Positions 8,615 to 19,654 of a stretch of 64,000 nt of DNA are shown in pieces. The first letter of the stretch is position 1. Each line of letters starts with the position of its first letter. Origin of the DNA: an uncultured Rikenellaceae bacterium (GTDB taxonomy: Bacteria > Bacteroidota > Bacteroidia > Bacteroidales > VadinHA17); assembly GCA_964633505.1 (NCBI GenBank), contig CAZWHC010000013.1:11685-75684 (forward strand), written 5' to 3'. A program made the translations under genes and the position numbers. A model generated the notes under the pieces. It had not been told where the DNA came from. It was given only the letters and a program-made list of their open reading frames with translations, and did no database searches.

Positions 8615-10966
8615 CTAGTACTTCTCCCTTATATAGCTCCCCCTTCTTGAGCTTTCCTTTTTGACCTTATCGCAATCGGTTTCAATATTGAAACCCGAAG
8701 GACGTTCGAATTCGTCAGATTCCATAATACCGAACTGGGGATCGTTGTAAACCTTCCGCATGAAGATCCCGAAAACCGGAAGGGCCATCTGGGCCCCCTG
8801 CCCCTCGCTCAGCGTCTCAAAATGGATTGACTGGTCCTCCCATCCGCTCCAGACTCCTCCCACAAGGTTCGGAGTAACGCCCATAAACCATCCGTTTGCA
8901 TGATTCTGTGTTGTACCGGTTTTGCCTCCAACCTGGTTAAGAAGCATATAGGGTTCCCTTCTGAGCCTGTTACCCGATCCTATAAGTACAACACCCTGAA
9001 GAAGGTCAAGCATAAGATATGCCTGTTCCTCACTGAGGACCTCTTCTATTTTAGGTGTGAACCTCGAAATCACATTGCCGTTTTTATCTTCTATGCGGGT
9101 CACATACATGGGCCGGGTATAGACTCCCTTGTTGGCGAAAGTACCATAAGCGCCGACCATCTCCTCAAGTTTGATATCAGATGTGCCAAGGAAAATAGAA
9201 GGGACAGGATCGATAAAACTCCTTATTCCCATTTTCTTCATCAGATCGGTTACAGCCGACGGTCTGAACTGCTGCATGAGCCATGCGGAGATATAGTTTT
9301 CTGACTGGGCCAGTCCCCATTTTAATGTAACCATTTTACCATGATATTCCTTCGGGCCTGAGCTTCTCGGGATCCATGGAACGGAGTCGCCCGGCAAATC
9401 GAACGAACGTGGGATGTTCTCCACTTCATCGCACGGGGTATAGCCATTCTGCATGGCTATTGTATAAAGGAAGGGCTTTATCGTGCTGCCGACCTGTTTA
9501 CGCTGCTGCGTCACGGCATCCCATTTGAAATACCTGAAATCCGGTCCTCCCACATATGCTTTTACATATCCTGTATGGGGATCCTCGACAAGGAAAGCCG
9601 ACCTAACAAAATATTTATAATATCTGACTGAGTCGTACGGCGTCATCAATGTATCCACCTCCCCCTTCCATGAGAAGACCCTCATGGGAACCTTTGTATT
9701 GAAGGCAAGCATTATTGAATCCATAGGAACTCCGCGCGCCTTCATCCTTATATATCTGTCGCTGTCGATGATTGATCTCATCAGAAGCTCATCAACCTCT
9801 TTCTTTGTTATGTCGTTCGAATAAGGAGGATTTCTGAATGTTTTTGCACGCTTGTAAAAATCGGGCTGGACTTCTTTCGACAGGTGTTCTGTTACAGCCT
9901 CCTCGGCATATTGCTGCATTTTCGAGTTTAAGGTTGTATATATCTTCAATCCGTCCTTGTAGATATCATAATTTGTCCCGTCGGGTTTCCTGTTCTTGTT
10001 ACACCAGCCGTAAAGGGCATTGTTCTGCCACTCCCACAATGCATCCTCATATGATGCCTGTTGCTGATACCTTGCCGGGTCAGGCTCCGGCCTTCTCATT
10101 ATATTTCTTAGATATTCACGAAGGTATGTAGCCGGACCGGTATTATGATCCTCCATTTTAAGGTCGAGAACCATCGGAAGCTGTTTTACAGAATCGGCAT
10201 AATCGGGCTTGATATACCCGTATTTTGCCATCTGTGAAATTACTATGTTCCTCCTTTTCAGCATCCTTTCGGGGTATTTCACCGGATTGAACGCGCTGGA
10301 ATTCTTGAGCATGCCTACAAGAACGGCAGCTTCCTCTATAAGGAGCGAGTCGGGCGTTGTGTTGAAATATACCCTTGCAGCTGATCTTATTCCTATTGCC
10401 TGGTAGAGGAAGTCGTATTTATTAAGGTACATGGCAATAATTTCCTCTTTTGTATAGCTCCTCTCCAGTTTGGCCGCTGTCTGCCATTCCTTGAATTTTG
10501 AGACGCCAAGCCTTATTTTTCTGACGATGGCAGATACCTGCGCAGTGTCGCGGGGATAAAGCTGCTTTGCAAGCTGCTGGGTGATTGTGCTTCCTCCTCC
10601 TGTATTCTGTCCGAGAAGTATTGTACGGACGAGGGCTCGTCCAAGGCCCCTTACATCTATTCCCGAATGCCTGTGGTACCTGATGTCTTCGGTTGCAACA
10701 AGGGCATTGACTAGGTATGGCGAAAGTTGCTCATAATCAGTCCAGGTCCGGTTTTCGATGCTTATCTTTCCAAGCAGTACGCCGTCTTCGGAATAAACCT
10801 CGGCTGCAAGATTATATTCAGGATTCTCAAGTTCACTGAATGAGGGCATCGGACCAAGCCTTCCCTGTGAAATGAGTATGAACAGCAAAGCTACTATAAC
10901 AAAGGGAAGGGAAAACAATGACCAGAACCAGATCACGTATTTTTTGTTTGATGAATTGGCTTTCAT
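8615..10966 (-). CDS. mrcA: Bifunctional penicillin-binding protein 1A (transglycosylase/transpeptidase)
   Basis: 783 aa with an N-terminal TM anchor, GT51 motifs EDIRYHRHSGID and GGSTITQQLAK, and the transpeptidase motif STIKP. Confidence 0.9.
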   Translation of the reverse strand: MKANSSNKKYVIWFWSLFSLPFVIVALLFILISQGRLGPMPSFSELENPEYNLAAEVYSEDGVLLGKISIENRTWTDYEQLSPYLVNALVATEDIRYHRHSGIDVRGLGRALVRTILLGQNTGGGSTITQQLAKQLYPRDTAQVSAIVRKIRLGVSKFKEWQTAAKLERSYTKEEIIAMYLNKYDFLYQAIGIRSAARVYFNTTPDSLLIEEAAVLVGMLKNSSAFNPVKYPERMLKRRNIVISQMAKYGYIKPDYADSVKQLPMVLDLKMEDHNTGPATYLREYLRNIMRRPEPDPARYQQQASYEDALWEWQNNALYGWCNKNRKPDGTNYDIYKDGLKIYTTLNSKMQQYAEEAVTEHLSKEVQPDFYKRAKTFRNPPYSNDITKKEVDELLMRSIIDSDRYIRMKARGVPMDSIMLAFNTKVPMRVFSWKGEVDTLMTPYDSVRYYKYFVRSAFLVEDPHTGYVKAYVGGPDFRYFKWDAVTQQRKQVGSTIKPFLYTIAMQNGYTPCDEVENIPRSFDLPGDSVPWIPRSSGPKEYHGKMVTLKWGLAQSENYISAWLMQQFRPSAVTDLMKKMGIRSFIDPVPSIFLGTSDIKLEEMVGAYGTFANKGVYTRPMYVTRIEDKNGNVISRFTPKIEEVLSEEQAYLMLDLLQGVVLIGSGNRLRREPYMLLNQVGGKTGTTQNHANGWFMGVTPNLVGGVWSGWEDQSIHFETLSEGQGAQMALPVFGIFMRKVYNDPQFGIMESDEFERPSGFNIETDCDKVKKESSRRGSYIREKY

Positions 10967-11087
10967 TCGATTCCGGAATTTGGCCCAAAAATAGTAATTA
11001 ATAAAGAATCTTAATGGTTTATTTTGAAGATTGGAACCTAAATGATTTACTTTGCCGTGTTTTTATTTTGTGAAAAATCCATTTGAT

Positions 11088-13394
11088 ATGATCGAAAACC
11101 TTGTTATTGTTGAGTCGCCGGCAAAAGCAAAAACCATTGAGAAATACCTTGGCAAGGATTTCAGGGTAGTTTCAAGTTTCGGCCATATCCGCGATCTGAA
11201 AAAGAAAAACCTGGGGATTGACATAGACAATGATTTTGCACCCGAATACGAAATCCCTAAAGAAAAGGCAAAAGTTGTAGGAGAACTTAAGAAGGCAGCT
11301 TCAGAATCTAAGAATATCTGGATAGCATCTGATGAGGACCGTGAAGGGGAAGCCATTGCCTGGCATCTTGTTAATGTACTTAACCTCGACCTCTCCACAA
11401 CAAAAAGGATTGTATTCCACGAAATTACGAAAGATGCAATCACAAATGCCATATTGAGTCCCAGGCAGGTCGACATGAACCTTGTCAATTCCCAGCAGGC
11501 CCGCCGTATACTCGACAGGATTGTCGGTTTTGAAATATCACCGGTTTTATGGAAAAAGGTCCAGCCCGCTCTCTCCGCCGGCAGGGTACAGTCGGTTGCC
11601 GTAAGGCTTATTGTTGAAAGGGAACGGGAAATCATTGCATTCACGACCGAATCATCATTCAGGGTAACAGGCATTTTTGTCACTGATAATTTGTCGTCCC
11701 CGACCAACATGTTAAGGGCCGAGGCTGCGAAGAGATTCCCGGGCGAAAAGGATGCCCTGGCATTCCTCGAGCTATGCCGTTCAGCCCAGTTCAGCATTGC
11801 CGGCATCACTGTAAAACCCGGAACCCGTTCGCCCGCACCTCCTTTTACAACTTCAACGCTTCAGCAGGAAGCTTACCGCAAACTCGGCTTTTCGGTATCG
11901 CAGACAATGACAGTGGCACAGAAGCTTTATGAGGCCGGGAAAATAACATATATGCGTACCGATTCGACAAATCTGTCAAAGCTGGCATTGTCGAAATCAA
12001 GGGAAGTAATCGTTTCCTCTTTCGGGGAGAAATATTCTAAGACCAGGCAGTTCAAAACAAAATCGAAAGGTGCACAGGAAGCCCACGAAGCAATAAGGCC
12101 GGCTTATCTTGAATCATCTACAACTACTGGTAACCAGAACGAGAAAAAGCTTTATGAGCTCATCTGGAAACGGACAATTGCATCGCAGATGGCCGATGCT
12201 GAAGTGGAAAGGACCACTATCGGTATTGCCATGAACAATTCACCCGTTACTTTCTCCGCTGTCGGTGAGGTGATAAAATTCGACGGTTTCCTTAAGGTTT
12301 ATACCGAATCGAGCGATGCTGAAAACGGCGATGAGGAAAAATCAATAATCCCTCCGGTTAAAAAAGGAATGCCTCTTTTCTGCGACAGCATAACAGCAAC
12401 ACAGAAATACACCTCACCACCACCAAGATATACCGAAGCCAGCCTTGTCAAGAAGCTTGAGGAGCTCGGGATCGGCAGGCCTTCAACATATGCACCCACC
12501 ATTTCAACAATCCAGAACAGGGGCTATGTGATGAGAGAGGACAGGCCAGGTGAGAAAAGGCAGTTGAAAGTCATTGCCCTGTCGAAGGGAAAGATCACTT
12601 CGACAACCAAAACCGAAGCTGCCGGTAAAGAAAAATCGAAATTATTCCCCCAGGATATTGGCATGATTGTGAACGATTTCCTCGTTGAGAACTTCCCCGA
12701 GATTGTTGACTATAATTTCACCGCTGAAGTTGAGGAACAGTTTGACCTTATCGCTGAAGGAGATATTAAATGGACTGGCATGCTGAAAAAGTTCTATGCA
12801 CCTTTCCACAAGACCGTCGAAAATACTCTCGAGAAAAAGACAAGAAAAACAGCAGTAAGGATACTTGGAACTGATCCTTCATCAGGAGAACAGGTCTCAG
12901 TCAGGATGGGCAGGTTTGGTCCGGTAGCCCAGATTGGTGAGCAGTCGGAAGAAAGCAAACCCAGGTTTGCAAGCCTTGGCAAAAACCAGCTTATTGAAAC
13001 TATAACACTTGATGAAGCGCTTAACCTTTTCCGTTTGCCAAGATCACTGGGAGTCCATGAAGGAGAAGAGCTTGTGGTTGGAACCGGCAGGTTCGGCCCA
13101 TATGTGAGATATATGAGCAAGTTCTATTCCCTGAAGAAGGGAGTAGATGATCCTTATTCAGTAACAATTGAGAGAGCCCTGGAAATAATCAGGGAAAAGG
13201 GTGAGAGCGATAAGAAAAAGGTGATTAAGGATTTTGGAGCGATAAAGGTGCTTAACGGCCGTTTCGGGCCATATCTTACAAGGGACAAGAACAACTACAG
13301 GCTCCCGAAAGGATCAAAGGCTGAAGAACTTACAGAAGAAGACTGCATAAGGATTATCGAGAACAGCGAAAAAACAAAAAAACATAAAGAGTGA
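11088..13394 (+). CDS. topA: DNA topoisomerase I
   Basis: TOPRIM N-terminus MIENLVIVESPAKAKTIEKYLG, with C-terminal repeated GRFGPY/GRFGPV motifs. Start moved from the track TTG at 11052 to the ATG at 11088. Confidence 0.95.
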   Translation: MIENLVIVESPAKAKTIEKYLGKDFRVVSSFGHIRDLKKKNLGIDIDNDFAPEYEIPKEKAKVVGELKKAASESKNIWIASDEDREGEAIAWHLVNVLNLDLSTTKRIVFHEITKDAITNAILSPRQVDMNLVNSQQARRILDRIVGFEISPVLWKKVQPALSAGRVQSVAVRLIVEREREIIAFTTESSFRVTGIFVTDNLSSPTNMLRAEAAKRFPGEKDALAFLELCRSAQFSIAGITVKPGTRSPAPPFTTSTLQQEAYRKLGFSVSQTMTVAQKLYEAGKITYMRTDSTNLSKLALSKSREVIVSSFGEKYSKTRQFKTKSKGAQEAHEAIRPAYLESSTTTGNQNEKKLYELIWKRTIASQMADAEVERTTIGIAMNNSPVTFSAVGEVIKFDGFLKVYTESSDAENGDEEKSIIPPVKKGMPLFCDSITATQKYTSPPPRYTEASLVKKLEELGIGRPSTYAPTISTIQNRGYVMREDRPGEKRQLKVIALSKGKITSTTKTEAAGKEKSKLFPQDIGMIVNDFLVENFPEIVDYNFTAEVEEQFDLIAEGDIKWTGMLKKFYAPFHKTVENTLEKKTRKTAVRILGTDPSSGEQVSVRMGRFGPVAQIGEQSEESKPRFASLGKNQLIETITLDEALNLFRLPRSLGVHEGEELVVGTGRFGPYVRYMSKFYSLKKGVDDPYSVTIERALEIIREKGESDKKKVIKDFGAIKVLNGRFGPYLTRDKNNYRLPKGSKAEELTEEDCIRIIENSEKTKKHKE

Positions 13395-13397
13395 ATC

Positions 13398-14567
13398 ATG
13401 CTTGATCTGAATGACTATTTCAATCCTGTAAGCATTGAGAGGCCTTATTTTCAAAGTCTGTCGGGCAATGCCGGCTTCCCGCATAACATTTTCATCCATA
13501 CCGAAAACAACCCTCTCAGGGATATAAGCGGATTCAAGGTAGCCATATTAGGTGTTCCCGACGGAAGAAATTCGCTCAGCAACGGTTCATCGGATGCCCC
13601 CGATTCAATAAGGCGGCAGCTGTATTCACTGGGAAGGATCCCGGGCAAGACCAGAATCATTGACCTTGGTAATATGAAACAGGGCTCTTCTTTTGGCGAC
13701 ACTCTGGCCGGACTTGCAGATATCCTTGGAACATTATTAAGGGAAAATGTGTTCCCTGTTATAATAGGGGGAAGCAGCGCGCTTGTAAGTTCAATCGACA
13801 GGTCATTATCAAATCTAAGGGAGAGCTATACTCTCATTGCCGTGGATCCGAGGATTGATTATAACAGCTCGCCCGACATCCCGGGTTCATTCAGTTATCT
13901 TAACAGTATTTCGGCAAGCAGTAAAAGCAGATTAAAACACTATATAAATATAGGGTATCAAACTTATCTTAATGATCAGCAGGTACTAAACCGTTTTATA
14001 AGACGCAATTCGGAGCTAATAAGAATTGGTGATGTAAGGCAGGCGATTTATCTTACCGAGCCGTTGTTCAGGGACTCCCATGCCGCCGTCTTCGATATTT
14101 CGGCTGTCAGACAGTCGGATGCCCCGGGTACTGCCCTCCCCTCACCGAATGGCTTTTACGGCGAAGAGATCTGCCTTCTCTCAAGATATGCGGGTATTTC
14201 GGACAACCTGAAGATCTTTGGTCTTTTTGATGTCGATCCCGCCTTTGACAACAGGGATCAGACCTCGGGGCTCGCTGCCCAGGTAATCTGGTTTTTCCTT
14301 GAAGGCTTTTCACAGAAGCAATATGAGGCGCCTGCCCTTAGTGAGAATAACTCAGGACGCTTCGTGAAATATCATGTCAGGGTAACCGACCTTGATGACG
14401 ATCTTATCTTCGTAAAAAGCAACCTCACCGAAAGATGGTGGCTGGAACTCACCGATGCCGAAAACAAATGTGTTTACATCTCCTGCTCGCACGACGACTA
14501 CCTCAAGGCAAACAGGAATGAAGTACCCGACAGATGGGTAAAAGCTTCCGACAGATTAAAGTCGTGA
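13398..14567 (+). CDS. Arginase/ureohydrolase-fold protein with degenerate metal-binding motifs (formimidoylglutamase-like)
   Basis: 389 aa. The positions of GGDHS, DAHxD and SxDxDxxDP read IIGGSSA, VDPRID and FDISAVRQSDAPG. Confidence 0.65.
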   Translation: MLDLNDYFNPVSIERPYFQSLSGNAGFPHNIFIHTENNPLRDISGFKVAILGVPDGRNSLSNGSSDAPDSIRRQLYSLGRIPGKTRIIDLGNMKQGSSFGDTLAGLADILGTLLRENVFPVIIGGSSALVSSIDRSLSNLRESYTLIAVDPRIDYNSSPDIPGSFSYLNSISASSKSRLKHYINIGYQTYLNDQQVLNRFIRRNSELIRIGDVRQAIYLTEPLFRDSHAAVFDISAVRQSDAPGTALPSPNGFYGEEICLLSRYAGISDNLKIFGLFDVDPAFDNRDQTSGLAAQVIWFFLEGFSQKQYEAPALSENNSGRFVKYHVRVTDLDDDLIFVKSNLTERWWLELTDAENKCVYISCSHDDYLKANRNEVPDRWVKASDRLKS

Positions 14568-14716
14568 TTTTTCAAACAATTTAACTTTTTTTCCGTTTTA
14601 TATAATATTTGGAATATTCTTTGTGGATAAGTGAACTGGAATGTTCAAAAAATTCCATCAACAGATTGCCGGTTTGCATACTTTTAAGTTTTTTAATTAT
14701 TTTAGGAGTTCTATTA

Positions 14717-15688
14717 ATGGGCTTATTCCTATATATTAAACACGTGAAAAAACTCTACAGTGCAGCTATTATCATCGTATTATCGGTATACACCTGTTTC
14801 TCCCAGCAGGATCCCATCACCAGTAATTATATGTTCAACATGCTTACATATAATCCGGGTTATGCCGGAACATCGGGGATGATATGCGCAACAGCACTTA
14901 ACCGCCAGCAGTGGCTGGGATTTAAGGGAGGTCCCTCAACCACACTATTCAATATAAGCGCCCCGGTTTCTCCATTTAATATAAACAGCGGGGTCGGCCT
15001 TATGGTGGAAAACGATAATGTAGGATTTGATAAGGATGTAAATATCAAGCTTATCTATTCCTATATTGCTGAGGTAGGTCCGGGAAAACTCGGGATAGGC
15101 ATTAATGCCGGGATGTTCAATATGACACTCGATCCCAAATGGTATATTCCCGACGGGGGAGATTTCACTCCACCCTCCGGCGACCCGCTGATCCCTGAAT
15201 CTAAAGAAAGCGCCGTTGCCTTTGATGCCGGGCTCGGGGTATTTTTTACAACTGACAAATACTATGCCGGTTTATCAGTTACACATATTAATCAGCCTAA
15301 GATAAAATTCACAAAAGGAGAAACATATTTAAGCCGGCATTACTATTTCACAGCAGGTTACGTGCTTCAGCTGCCCAATCCTGCACTTGAACTGTTACCT
15401 TCATTTTATGCCATGAGCGATGGAAAAGCTCTACAATTTTCTGCAACTTCTTTAGTAAGATACAATAAAAAGGCATGGGGGGGCGTTTCTTACAGACCCG
15501 GAGATGCACTGGTCGGAATTGTTGGGATAGAGTTATTCAACGGTATAAGAGTAGGATATGCATACGATTTCCCAACTTCGGATATCAGGAAAAGCACAAG
15601 CGGGTCGCATGAATTTTTGGTGAATTATTGTTTTAGCCTCGGTACGGGTAAAAGCCCGATGAGATACAAAAGCATAAGGTTTTTATAA
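14717..15688 (+). CDS. porP: Type IX secretion system membrane protein PorP/SprF family
   Basis: CFSQQDPITSNYMFNMLTYNPGYAG is the family-typical N-terminus after a signal peptide. The start is ambiguous (ATG 14717 or GTG 14744), and the track start at 14609 looks like an over-extension. Confidence 0.85.
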   Translation: MGLFLYIKHVKKLYSAAIIIVLSVYTCFSQQDPITSNYMFNMLTYNPGYAGTSGMICATALNRQQWLGFKGGPSTTLFNISAPVSPFNINSGVGLMVENDNVGFDKDVNIKLIYSYIAEVGPGKLGIGINAGMFNMTLDPKWYIPDGGDFTPPSGDPLIPESKESAVAFDAGLGVFFTTDKYYAGLSVTHINQPKIKFTKGETYLSRHYYFTAGYVLQLPNPALELLPSFYAMSDGKALQFSATSLVRYNKKAWGGVSYRPGDALVGIVGIELFNGIRVGYAYDFPTSDIRKSTSGSHEFLVNYCFSLGTGKSPMRYKSIRFL

Positions 15689-15734
15689 AATGAAATTTAA
15701 ACTTCTTACTTGCAATACAAAATTCTGAAGAATT

Positions 15735-17081
15735 ATGAAAAAGGTAATCCTTTCGGCTCTGGTCGTTATTGTTTTTTTGAGTGGCTGTAAGACTTCAAAC
15801 ACTGGAGAACTTACCGGAGTCCCCGGCAGAAAGAACTTTTTTGAACCGGAACCTTTTGAAATGGCATTTATCCCTGCAGGAAGCTTCACGATGGGTCCCA
15901 GCGACCAGGATGCATTTTTTGCACAGAACACTATTTCAAAAGTAGTCACTGTGGAGGCATTCTGGATGGACCAGACAGAAATAACAAATAACAAATACCG
16001 TCAGTTTGTTTATTATGTCCGCGACTCCATACTAAGAACAAAGCTTGGAGACGCACAGGTCCCCGATCGTGAATATTTCGTTACTGACCAGGACGGCAAT
16101 CCCGTTGAACCTCATGTTCTGAACTGGAACGAGAGGATAGATCCTGAAGAGGAGACAACTGCCGCTGTCCTTGAAGAAATGTTCTACCCTCCTGAGGAGA
16201 GATTCAACGGCAAAAAACAGATCGATGTCAGAAAACTTAATTATACCTATTTCTGGGTCGACTACCAGCAGGCAGCAAAAGCCAAATATGTTAACGATTA
16301 TGCAAATAACACCTGGAAATACGTCGGACAGGTCATCGACCGCAACGGAAACGTAACACCTGTAAAAGACCGTTCGTCGTTCATCAGGCACGATACAATA
16401 AATATATATCCCGATACATTGTGCTGGATAAGGGATTTCACATATTCCTTCAACGATCCCCAGGCCGATCTTTATTTCTGGCATCCTTCCTTTGATGATT
16501 ATCCGGTTGTGGGTGTTTCATGGCCGCAGGCAAATGCTTTCAGCCGCTGGAGAACCGATTATATGAATACCGCCCTTCGCCAGAACGGTGTTGCAGATGT
16601 CCAGGCCTACAGGCTTCCGCTCGAAACTGAATGGGAATATGCCGCCAGGGGAGGTCTCGACCTTTCGATGTACCCCTGGGGAGGACCCTATACACGCAAT
16701 TACCAGGGATGCTTCCTGGCCAACTTCAAGCCTCTTCGCGGAAATTATATTGACGACGGCACAGTTTATACAGCCAAGGTCGGCTCATATGAACCAAATG
16801 AATACGGATTGTTCGATATGTCGGGTAACGTTGCTGAATGGACACTCTGCGCATACCATCCTTCTGCATACATTTTCCAGCACGACCTTAATCCGAACTA
16901 TGAATATAATGCAAGACCAAACGATCCACCCGTGCTGAAGCGCAAAGTCATCAGGGGCGGTTCATGGAAGGATATAGCTTATTTCCTCCAGACCAGCTCA
17001 AGGGATTATGAATACCAGGATTCTGTAAAATCCTTTATCGGTTTCCGTAATGTCAGATCCTATATCGGAGTAAACCAATAA
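15735..17081 (+). CDS. gldK: Gliding motility / T9SS lipoprotein GldK (PorK)
   Basis: 448 aa with lipoprotein signal ...VFLSGC, an FGE-sulfatase (SUMF1)-like domain and RGGSW near the C-terminus. Confidence 0.92.
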   Translation: MKKVILSALVVIVFLSGCKTSNTGELTGVPGRKNFFEPEPFEMAFIPAGSFTMGPSDQDAFFAQNTISKVVTVEAFWMDQTEITNNKYRQFVYYVRDSILRTKLGDAQVPDREYFVTDQDGNPVEPHVLNWNERIDPEEETTAAVLEEMFYPPEERFNGKKQIDVRKLNYTYFWVDYQQAAKAKYVNDYANNTWKYVGQVIDRNGNVTPVKDRSSFIRHDTINIYPDTLCWIRDFTYSFNDPQADLYFWHPSFDDYPVVGVSWPQANAFSRWRTDYMNTALRQNGVADVQAYRLPLETEWEYAARGGLDLSMYPWGGPYTRNYQGCFLANFKPLRGNYIDDGTVYTAKVGSYEPNEYGLFDMSGNVAEWTLCAYHPSAYIFQHDLNPNYEYNARPNDPPVLKRKVIRGGSWKDIAYFLQTSSRDYEYQDSVKSFIGFRNVRSYIGVNQ

Positions 17082-17130
17082 GAAATAAAAGAACACGCAG
17101 ATTTAAAATAACTTTAAAATTAACAGGTAT

Positions 17131-18003
17131 ATGAACCTAGCAGAAATAGTTCAATCAAGCGGATGGAAGAATTTCATGGCCAAATTATATGGTATCGGTG
17201 CTTCTGTCGTAATCGTTGGCGCATTGTTTAAAATTCAGCACTGGCAGGGCGCAGGCTTTATGCTTACTGTTGGTTTGTTCACTGAAGCGATAATATTCTT
17301 CTTTTCAGCATTTGAACCACTACATGAAGAGGTCGACTGGACTCTTGTATATCCCGAACTTGCCGGCATCGATAACGATGAACCGGGTGCCGTACAGGGC
17401 GGCGGTAAATATGCGGGAAGCATTTCGGGAGGAGGCGCAGGAGGAGGTTCCCTTGCACTGTCGAGGTTCGATGAGCTGCTTGAAAAAGCCGACATCACAC
17501 CCGAATTGTTCCAGAGACTCGGTGTCGGGATGAAAAAACTGGGCGACGCTACATCAAATATAAGCGCTATGGGCGACGTCTCTGCGGCGTCGGCAAAATA
17601 TATGAACACTATCAACTCAGCAAATGATTCACTCGGAAAACTTTCCGATACCTATCAGGCGACTGCAAGAATAATAAATGACTCAAATTCGGGATACGGC
17701 AAAATGGCCGAATCAATATCCGTCATCGAATCAGGTGGTAAATCGTACCAGCAGCAACTTGAGGTTCTGAATAAAAACCTCTCCGCCCTCAATGCAGTAT
17801 ATGAGCTTCAGAGGAAAGGCGTTGACGATCATATGAAAGAATCTGATAACCTTCAGAAAGGGATCCAGAACCTGATGAAAGATCTTAATGAATCGGCAGG
17901 TGATGCTAAAAAATATCGTGAACAGATCGCCCGGCTTAACGACAATCTTACAGCATTAAATAACGTTTATGGCAATATGCTTGCTGCAATGAATGTTAAG
18001 TAA
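17131..18003 (+). CDS. gldL: Gliding motility / T9SS protein GldL (PorL)
   Basis: 290 aa with two N-terminal TM helices (KLYGIGASVVIVGALFKIQHW...) and a coiled-coil-like C-terminus. Confidence 0.92.
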   Translation: MNLAEIVQSSGWKNFMAKLYGIGASVVIVGALFKIQHWQGAGFMLTVGLFTEAIIFFFSAFEPLHEEVDWTLVYPELAGIDNDEPGAVQGGGKYAGSISGGGAGGGSLALSRFDELLEKADITPELFQRLGVGMKKLGDATSNISAMGDVSAASAKYMNTINSANDSLGKLSDTYQATARIINDSNSGYGKMAESISVIESGGKSYQQQLEVLNKNLSALNAVYELQRKGVDDHMKESDNLQKGIQNLMKDLNESAGDAKKYREQIARLNDNLTALNNVYGNMLAAMNVK

Positions 18004-18037
18004 CATTACGTTTTAATAAAAATAAAATTCCCGAAAA

Positions 18038-19636
18038 ATGGCTCACGAGAGGCTATCACCACGGCAAAAGATGATCGGTATGATGTATCTGATTCTTACC
18101 GCCATGCTTGCACTTAACGTGTCAAAGGAGGCTGTGGAAGCATTTAAGAAAGTTGATAAAAGCCTGACGACAACCCTGGCAAACTATGTGATAAAGAATA
18201 ATCTTATTTATTCGGAATTTGACAGGGCCGCTGCCGAGAATCCGACAAAAGCAGGGAAATTCAAGACAACTGCCTATGAACTCAAAAGCAGGGCAGACGA
18301 AGTTTTCAATTACATCCAGGACCTGAAAAAGGAGATCATAATAACTGCTGAAGGACCCGAAACCACGGCTATCCAGGGCGATGAAATAATTATCGACGAA
18401 GTAAAAAAGATCGATGAAAACAATGTCCCCTCCCAGATCCTTATAGGCGCCAATTATAATGGAAAGGCAAGCACTCTGAAGGCTCTCCTTAACGATTACA
18501 GGGAATACCTCATATCAACTCTCGACGGTAAAAACCCGACAGCAGAGGAAGCTATCCGTATTAGCCTCAATACCGACGACGGCCGCGATCCCGACGGACA
18601 ACCTTCAAAATGGGAAACAGTCACTTTTCATACTCTTCCTCTTGTTGCTGTAGAAACGATATTGTCAAAAATGCAGGTCGACGTCAGGAATGCTGAAACT
18701 GAAGTACTAAACCATCTTTATACACAGATCGATGCAGGCGCTTTCAAGGTGAACAAAATCATCCCGACAGTAGTCCCTACTTCAAGCTATGTCACAGCCG
18801 GAAGCGATTATGAAGCAAAAGTATTCATTGCCGCCATCGACTCGACCCAGTCGCCTGTTGTTACAGTCAACGGCACCACGCTTCCTGTCGATGAATCAGG
18901 AAGGGGAGTTTATAAGGTACGCGCCTCCTCAACAGGCCCAAAAAAATGGGGTGGTGTCATCTCACTTAAAAATCCTTCGGGAGCAGTAGTTGAGTATCCT
19001 TTCGAATCGGCTTATTACGTAGGCGAACCTAATGTGGTTGTCTCCCCTACTGCCATGAACGTGATGTACAAAGGGATATGGAATCCGATAGATGTATCCG
19101 TTCCCGGCGTTAGCCCCGATAAAATAAAAATAAAAGTCAATAACGGAACCGTTTCAAACGATAAGGTAAAGAATTCCAAAGGTGTGGCCTTTAAAGGCAA
19201 CTGGTCAGTAAACCCGACAGCTATCGGACAGAATGTACAGATAATTGTAACTGTCACCGATGCTTCAGGAAAAGCAACACCCTATGCCCCGGTGGAATTC
19301 AGGGTTAAACCTGTTCCGGCTCCTGTTGCGGTTTTTGCAGGTAAAAACACAGGCTCAATCCCGAAGAATACAGCAGCTGCACAGGCAGGAGTTTTCGCCT
19401 CAATGCCCGACTTTGAATTTGATCTTGTATATAAAATAACAGGATTCACTATTCTGTATACCGAAAAAGGATCAGACTTCGAGGAAAAGAGTACAAGCAG
19501 TGCACTGACACCTAAACAGAAGGATCTTATAAACAGGCTTACCCGAGGCAAAAACCTTTTCATAAAGGATATCAAATGCCTTGCTCCCGACGGGAGAACT
19601 ATGGAACTGAACCCGATTATTTTGAAAATAGACTAG
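18038..19636 (+). CDS. gldM: Gliding motility / T9SS protein GldM (PorM)
   Basis: 532 aa with N-terminal SPRQKMIGMMYLILTAMLALNVS (a single TM). Gene order is K-L-M-N. Confidence 0.9.
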   Translation: MAHERLSPRQKMIGMMYLILTAMLALNVSKEAVEAFKKVDKSLTTTLANYVIKNNLIYSEFDRAAAENPTKAGKFKTTAYELKSRADEVFNYIQDLKKEIIITAEGPETTAIQGDEIIIDEVKKIDENNVPSQILIGANYNGKASTLKALLNDYREYLISTLDGKNPTAEEAIRISLNTDDGRDPDGQPSKWETVTFHTLPLVAVETILSKMQVDVRNAETEVLNHLYTQIDAGAFKVNKIIPTVVPTSSYVTAGSDYEAKVFIAAIDSTQSPVVTVNGTTLPVDESGRGVYKVRASSTGPKKWGGVISLKNPSGAVVEYPFESAYYVGEPNVVVSPTAMNVMYKGIWNPIDVSVPGVSPDKIKIKVNNGTVSNDKVKNSKGVAFKGNWSVNPTAIGQNVQIIVTVTDASGKATPYAPVEFRVKPVPAPVAVFAGKNTGSIPKNTAAAQAGVFASMPDFEFDLVYKITGFTILYTEKGSDFEEKSTSSALTPKQKDLINRLTRGKNLFIKDIKCLAPDGRTMELNPIILKID

Positions 19637-19654
19637 ATAATAAAACATAAGAAA

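Noticed and set aside
11063-11809. 248-aa ORF antisense to topA
   Set aside because: It is a shadow ORF and topA fully explains the region. The same reasoning applies to 21015..21689 (antisense manC), 30089..30790 (antisense LolE-like), 49421..49906 (antisense metH), 25785..26339 and 61337..61726.
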